Positions 63,813 through 64,000 of a DNA stretch of 64,000 nt are shown here, in pieces. The translations under genes were made by a program, and so were the position numbers. A model generated the notes under the pieces. That model had not been told where the DNA came from. It did not search any database and saw only the letters and a list, made by a program, of their open reading frames with translations. Each line of letters starts with the position of its first letter. Position 1 is the stretch's first letter. Origin of the DNA: Ginglymostoma cirratum (Eukaryota). The stretch spans positions 30,547,687 to 30,611,686 of the forward strand of contig JAHRHZ010000140.1 in assembly GCA_024137785.1 (NCBI GenBank). Reading direction: 5' to 3'.

Positions 63813-64000
63813 CTGCTGAATACCAGAGCTCCCTGAGATCAGGCAATTGTCTTATCAAAAGCAAAAAGCTCCACTGCATTGATGTGCAGCTGATATTTGA
63901 CCACACCAGCTAAGCACTCCAGGATTGCGCCCACTTTCCAGGCAACTCACACATTCAGATTCTGACATTCTGGAGCATTCACAGCTGGCTGTAGGTTTCA

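Noticed and set aside
1-64000. Prokaryotic or viral system (operon, defence island, endogenous non-retroviral virus)
   Set aside because: No gene-dense region or long intact ORFs; all recognisable coding traces belong to eukaryotic transposons.

Overview
This is eukaryotic, repeat-rich, apparently intronic or intergenic DNA from a cartilaginous fish. The shark assignment (probably a carpet shark) is inferred from HE1-type SINEs and shark-type Penelope-derived repeats. I recognised no intact host gene, RNA gene or CRISPR array, and most listed ORFs are spurious or transposon debris. Identifiable content: a decayed Gypsy/Ty3 LTR retrotransposon (10.3-14.6 kb, minus), a decayed and rearranged Copia element resembling the GalEa clade (51-54 kb, minus), three PIF/Harbinger remnants (transposase and/or spliced Myb/SANT partner gene), CR1 and L2 LINE fragments, several SINE families and a 28-unit 30-bp minisatellite. 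Many short Penelope-derived insertions carry hammerhead-ribozyme-like cores; four have 7-14 bp target-site duplications and several are palindromic or tandem. A TE-poor stretch (about 25-46 kb) holds candidate conserved non-coding enhancers. A chimeric, locally templated duplication lies at about 48.0-48.3 kb. There are two assembly gaps. I see no convincing wholly new biological system; the best leads are the ribozyme-like mini-elements, the templated insertion and the Copia element.
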